Source of the DNA: Nemertoderma westbladi
Taxonomy: Eukaryota; Animalia; Xenacoelomorpha
Length of the DNA stretch: 64,000 bases
Direction of reading: 5' to 3'
NCBI GenBank assembly: GCA_032718475.1
Contig: JAUCBJ010000358.1
Location: 1-64,000, forward strand
Part shown: piece by piece, positions 60,666-64,000 of the stretch
Layout: each line of letters starts with the position of its first letter
Position numbering within the stretch: position 1 is the first letter of the stretch
Position numbers and translations under genes: made by a program
Notes under the pieces: model-generated
Told to the model about the DNA's origin: nothing
Database searches by the model: none
What the model saw: only the letters and a program-made list of their open reading frames with translations

Positions 60666-62919
60666 CAGTAGGGAACATCAACATACCGGTACCGGTACCC
60701 TTAAATAAGCTCCAAAAGTGGGTTCTTATTTAAGGAAAATGGCTCTTAATTCGGGATTTTTGGGCCATTTTTTGGATATTTTTTCAATATAATATACCGG
60801 TATACTGTAAAATGCAATAACTTGTTCGGAAAAACATACTGCATAATTATATTTCACAATAGGACAATATAATACAATCTTTTTTAACATAATGCAAAAA
60901 AACAGAAATCTCACAGTCCGAATTCAAAAATAGATTCAAAAATACAACCAGTTCCTAAATTGAATTTTTTTATAAGATTTTTTACCTTAGGCCTATTTAA
61001 GACATCGAAATTTTACAATTGAATAGCGGAGCGGAACTAAAAGTCCCTAAATAAGAACATTTTGAGCTGAGTTTCTCTTAAATAAATTGAATATTCCCTA
61101 AATATGAGTGTCACAGCCACTTCAAATTTTTTAAACATTGTGATTTGAAAAGTAAAAAATGTTTTTTTTGTAAAGAGAATAGACCTACGGTATCTATTTT
61201 AATTTAAAATATTTTGAATCCAGCCAATGTATATTGTTGTTTGTAATAATTTTAATGATATTTTTTATTGCATGTCAATCTGTCAATATTGACATCTTAT
61301 TCTTATGTCTGGCAATAGGCCTATTGACATTTTAATATTGACATACCGTACTGAAAAGAGCTGTCAAAACTCTCCAGACAGTCTACTATCAGACGCCTTT
61401 CTCCCAGCAATATAAATTTCAGTGCCCTTCGCGCAGCATGACAGCATGATAAATATTGAAAAGAGCTGTTAAAACTGTTCAGAACATCAGCAGTCGTTGT
61501 TCCTCATTGTTGCTCGCTGTCTGGTTGTTGTACTTTATTATTGCTCAATGTTACTCGATGTTGCTCATTGTTGCTCGCTGTTGCTCATTCAAGCGTTGTT
61601 CCTCATTACTGCTTATTGTTGCTCGTTGTTGATCATTGTTCTGTTGTTGTAATTTATTATTGCTCATTGTTGCCCGTTGTTGCTCAATGTTACTCGTTGT
61701 TGCTCGCTGTCAGCTGTTGCTCAATGTTGCTCAATGTTGCTCATTGTTGCTCATTCAGTCGTTGTTCCTCATTATTGCTCATTGTTGCTCGTTGTTGTAC
61801 TTTATTATTGCTCATTGTTGCCCGTTGTTGCTCAATGTTACTCAGTGTTGCTCGTTGTTAGTTTGCTACTCGTTGTTGCTCGTGCAGTCATTGTTCCTCA
61901 TTATTGCTCATTGTTGCCAGTTGTTGCTCATTCTGTCATTGTTACTCGTTGTTGCTCAATGTTACTCATTGTTGCTAATTGTTACTCGTTGTTGCTCGTT
62001 CAGTCATTGTTCCTCATTATTGCTCAATGTTAGTCGTTGTTGCTCATTGTTGCTAGTTGTTTTGTTAGGGCCTACTAATTGATTCTCGTTGTTGCTTATT
62101 GTCCAAGCTGCAAATGAAGTGCAAAAATCGCAACGCGTTGTGCGGGTATTTGAATTAGTGTGTGGTAAAAGCGCGCGGAATTGAAATAAAAGTGCGCGAA
62201 ATTATGCAGTTATGTGAAAGACAAAAAAAGTGCGCAGTAATCTATGCAAAATATCAAAAGCCATAAAGTGCGTGGACAGGCGGATGTGGTATAAAAAAAA
62301 GTTTTTCATGCATGCAAAGTGAGAAAAATAATTAGCCGCAAAAAATTTCGCTTGCTTCGCTGGCGTTTCTTTGCATTTTGCTTTGTCAGATTGCTTAAAT
62401 GTCTAAATTTCGCTCACTTTGAGTCTTGCTCGCGTATCTTTTTCATTTTGCATTGTTAATTAAAAAAATTTGCTCGCTTCGCTCGCGTATGTTTTTCGTT
62501 TTTTTGTTGTTAAAATGAGGTGTGCGCATTTGTTTCAGTGCATGAGCGGTATATTGTGCAATATTGAGCGGGTGAAAAATTGTGTGCAGGCGTTGTGCGT
62601 GGTTCAGTTTCAGTGGTGGTTTGCAGTCCAGTCTGGGTGCCATAGGCTTAGCATTTACCTTTCTTTACCCTCAACTATTATACATTAAAAATTAAATAAG
62701 GTAAATTTAAAAAATCTTTTTTATTTAGGAACTGGTCGTATTTTTGATGCAATTTTAAAACGCTTGTCTGCTAGTAGAAAAAAAACCGGACGGAGAAATG
62801 TTTTCTGGAAAATATCCAAAAAGGCCCAAAAACCCCGAAATAAGAGCCATTTTCCTTAAACAAGAACCCACTTTTGGAGCTTATTTAAGGGTACCCGCTG
62901 ACAGGTATGTTCCCTACTG
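60666..62919. mobile_element. Non-autonomous TIR element (Tc1/mariner-like CAGT termini) with long TIRs and an internal satellite
   Basis: CAGTAGGGAACAT..GGTACCCTTAAATAAGCTCCAAAAGTGGGTTCTT is mirrored at ~62800-62919, with weaker complementarity extending ~300 bp. Left flank TA, right flank CA. Confidence 0.75.
61490..62100. repeat. Degenerate 10-bp satellite (TTGTTGCTCA/G)n
   Basis: Directly visible. Confidence 0.9.
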
Positions 62920-64000
62920 CAAGGGATCGAACCGGGGCCTCCTAATGCATAGGGTAAACTGGGGTGAAGTGAGCTAGGGGTAAAGTGAGCTATTTTTTAA
63001 TTTATTTTTTTTAATATAGAAATTTTTATTATTTCCATTCTCTAAAATCATTATAATGTTTACAAATATCCTAGCTTTGATCTAACAGTCAGACAGTCTA
63101 ATGTACAAAATAACTTACGACAGCTTGAAATTTCGAAGCAATTAAATTTTTTACAAAATATGAAAAAAAGTTGGCGCAGAAAATTGATAGCGCGGCTCAG
63201 GCTTGCACTACCAGACTACCGTACAGCACTAAGTCCAAACAGCCAAAGTCAGTAAGTAGGCCTACCCAGCTACCCCTGCCTGCCTGTCCTGGCAGTCTGG
63301 CGACTACCGGCCCTATTGAAAAGTTTTACATGTACGCCGAGCACGTTCGGCGCAGCACTAGAACTTGCGCCGGGAGCTGGCGCAGAAATGTGCTACGCCG
63401 GGCAATGAGCCGGAAGGGTCGGCGCAGAGATGTGCTACGCCGGCGTAGCCGGCGGAGCACTGGCAATGGTAGAGATGCTGCCAGCTGCGCTCGGCGCAGC
63501 AGGCGTCGAAATATTCCCGGCGTCGACGCTGCAGAAATTGACCCGGCGCCGGAGCAGGAATCAGCCCAGCACACCCGGCGTACATATTTGCCTGGCGCAG
63601 AAATCAGCCGAACCTAGCACCAGGAAGACAGTGAGACTGAGACAGCACGACAACAGACATGCGTTCATCAGACCAACAGCACAGCAACACAATAACAACT
63701 GGCCATGCAGGAGGCAGAATGGAAACTCACACTGGCTGACTGAAACTGGTCATTTATTTACGTATTTAACCTTATGCCAGTATGCTGTTAGGAAGTAGGC
63801 AGGTAGGCTATCACAGTTCCAGCTATCAGCTCATCAGTCATTATTGCTATTGGTCAGTCAGTTTATTTATTTACATGCTGTATTGTATAAGCTATATTTT
63901 TATATTACAGTATATTATATTATTTGGATGGAGACACCGCTGTCATAGACAATAGCAGAATAGAAGCGTATAAATAAAACTGCACATAATAAAACAGGAT

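Noticed and set aside
61541-62082. Leu/Cys/Val-rich membrane-protein-like ORFs
   Set aside because: Translation of the 10-bp satellite.
63171-63798. GC-rich ORFs near the window end
   Set aside because: Built from short repeated/inverted motifs (GCTACGCCGG, ATGTACGCCG/CGGCGTACAT) typical of a non-coding TE; no protein similarity recognised.

Overview
AT-rich animal (invertebrate) nuclear DNA, heavily populated by transposons and satellites. It holds ten protein-coding genes. Eight have intronless coding regions: NDUFAF6, CDK5, a GTSE1-like protein, PEN-2, MRPS14, MRPS21, TIM29 and PRODH. The Na+/K+-ATPase alpha gene has one coding intron. I also assembled by hand an 8-exon secreted 3xEGF+3xShK gene (21492->13541) that the ORF track largely misses. 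Most notable: (1) PEN-2/MRPS14/MRPS21/TIM29 sit on the same strand only 95-267 bp apart, with candidate splice acceptors before the downstream starts and poly(A) hexamers in the shortest gap. This looks like a eukaryotic operon resolved by spliced-leader (SL) trans-splicing. (2) An intact 586-aa intronless gene is nested on the SAME strand inside intron 2 of the EGF-ShK gene. Together these suggest a genome where retrocopied single-exon genes are expressed by trans-splicing (inference). Also present: tRNA-Lys(CTT), tandem Helentron-type elements, hAT/mariner-like/other TIR elements (several carrying internal tandem arrays), a Nin/Deu-domain SINE, CRE/CR1/RTE LINE fragments, an ALDH3 pseudogene fragment and two multi-kb satellites. 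All family assignments come from motif recognition, not database searches.
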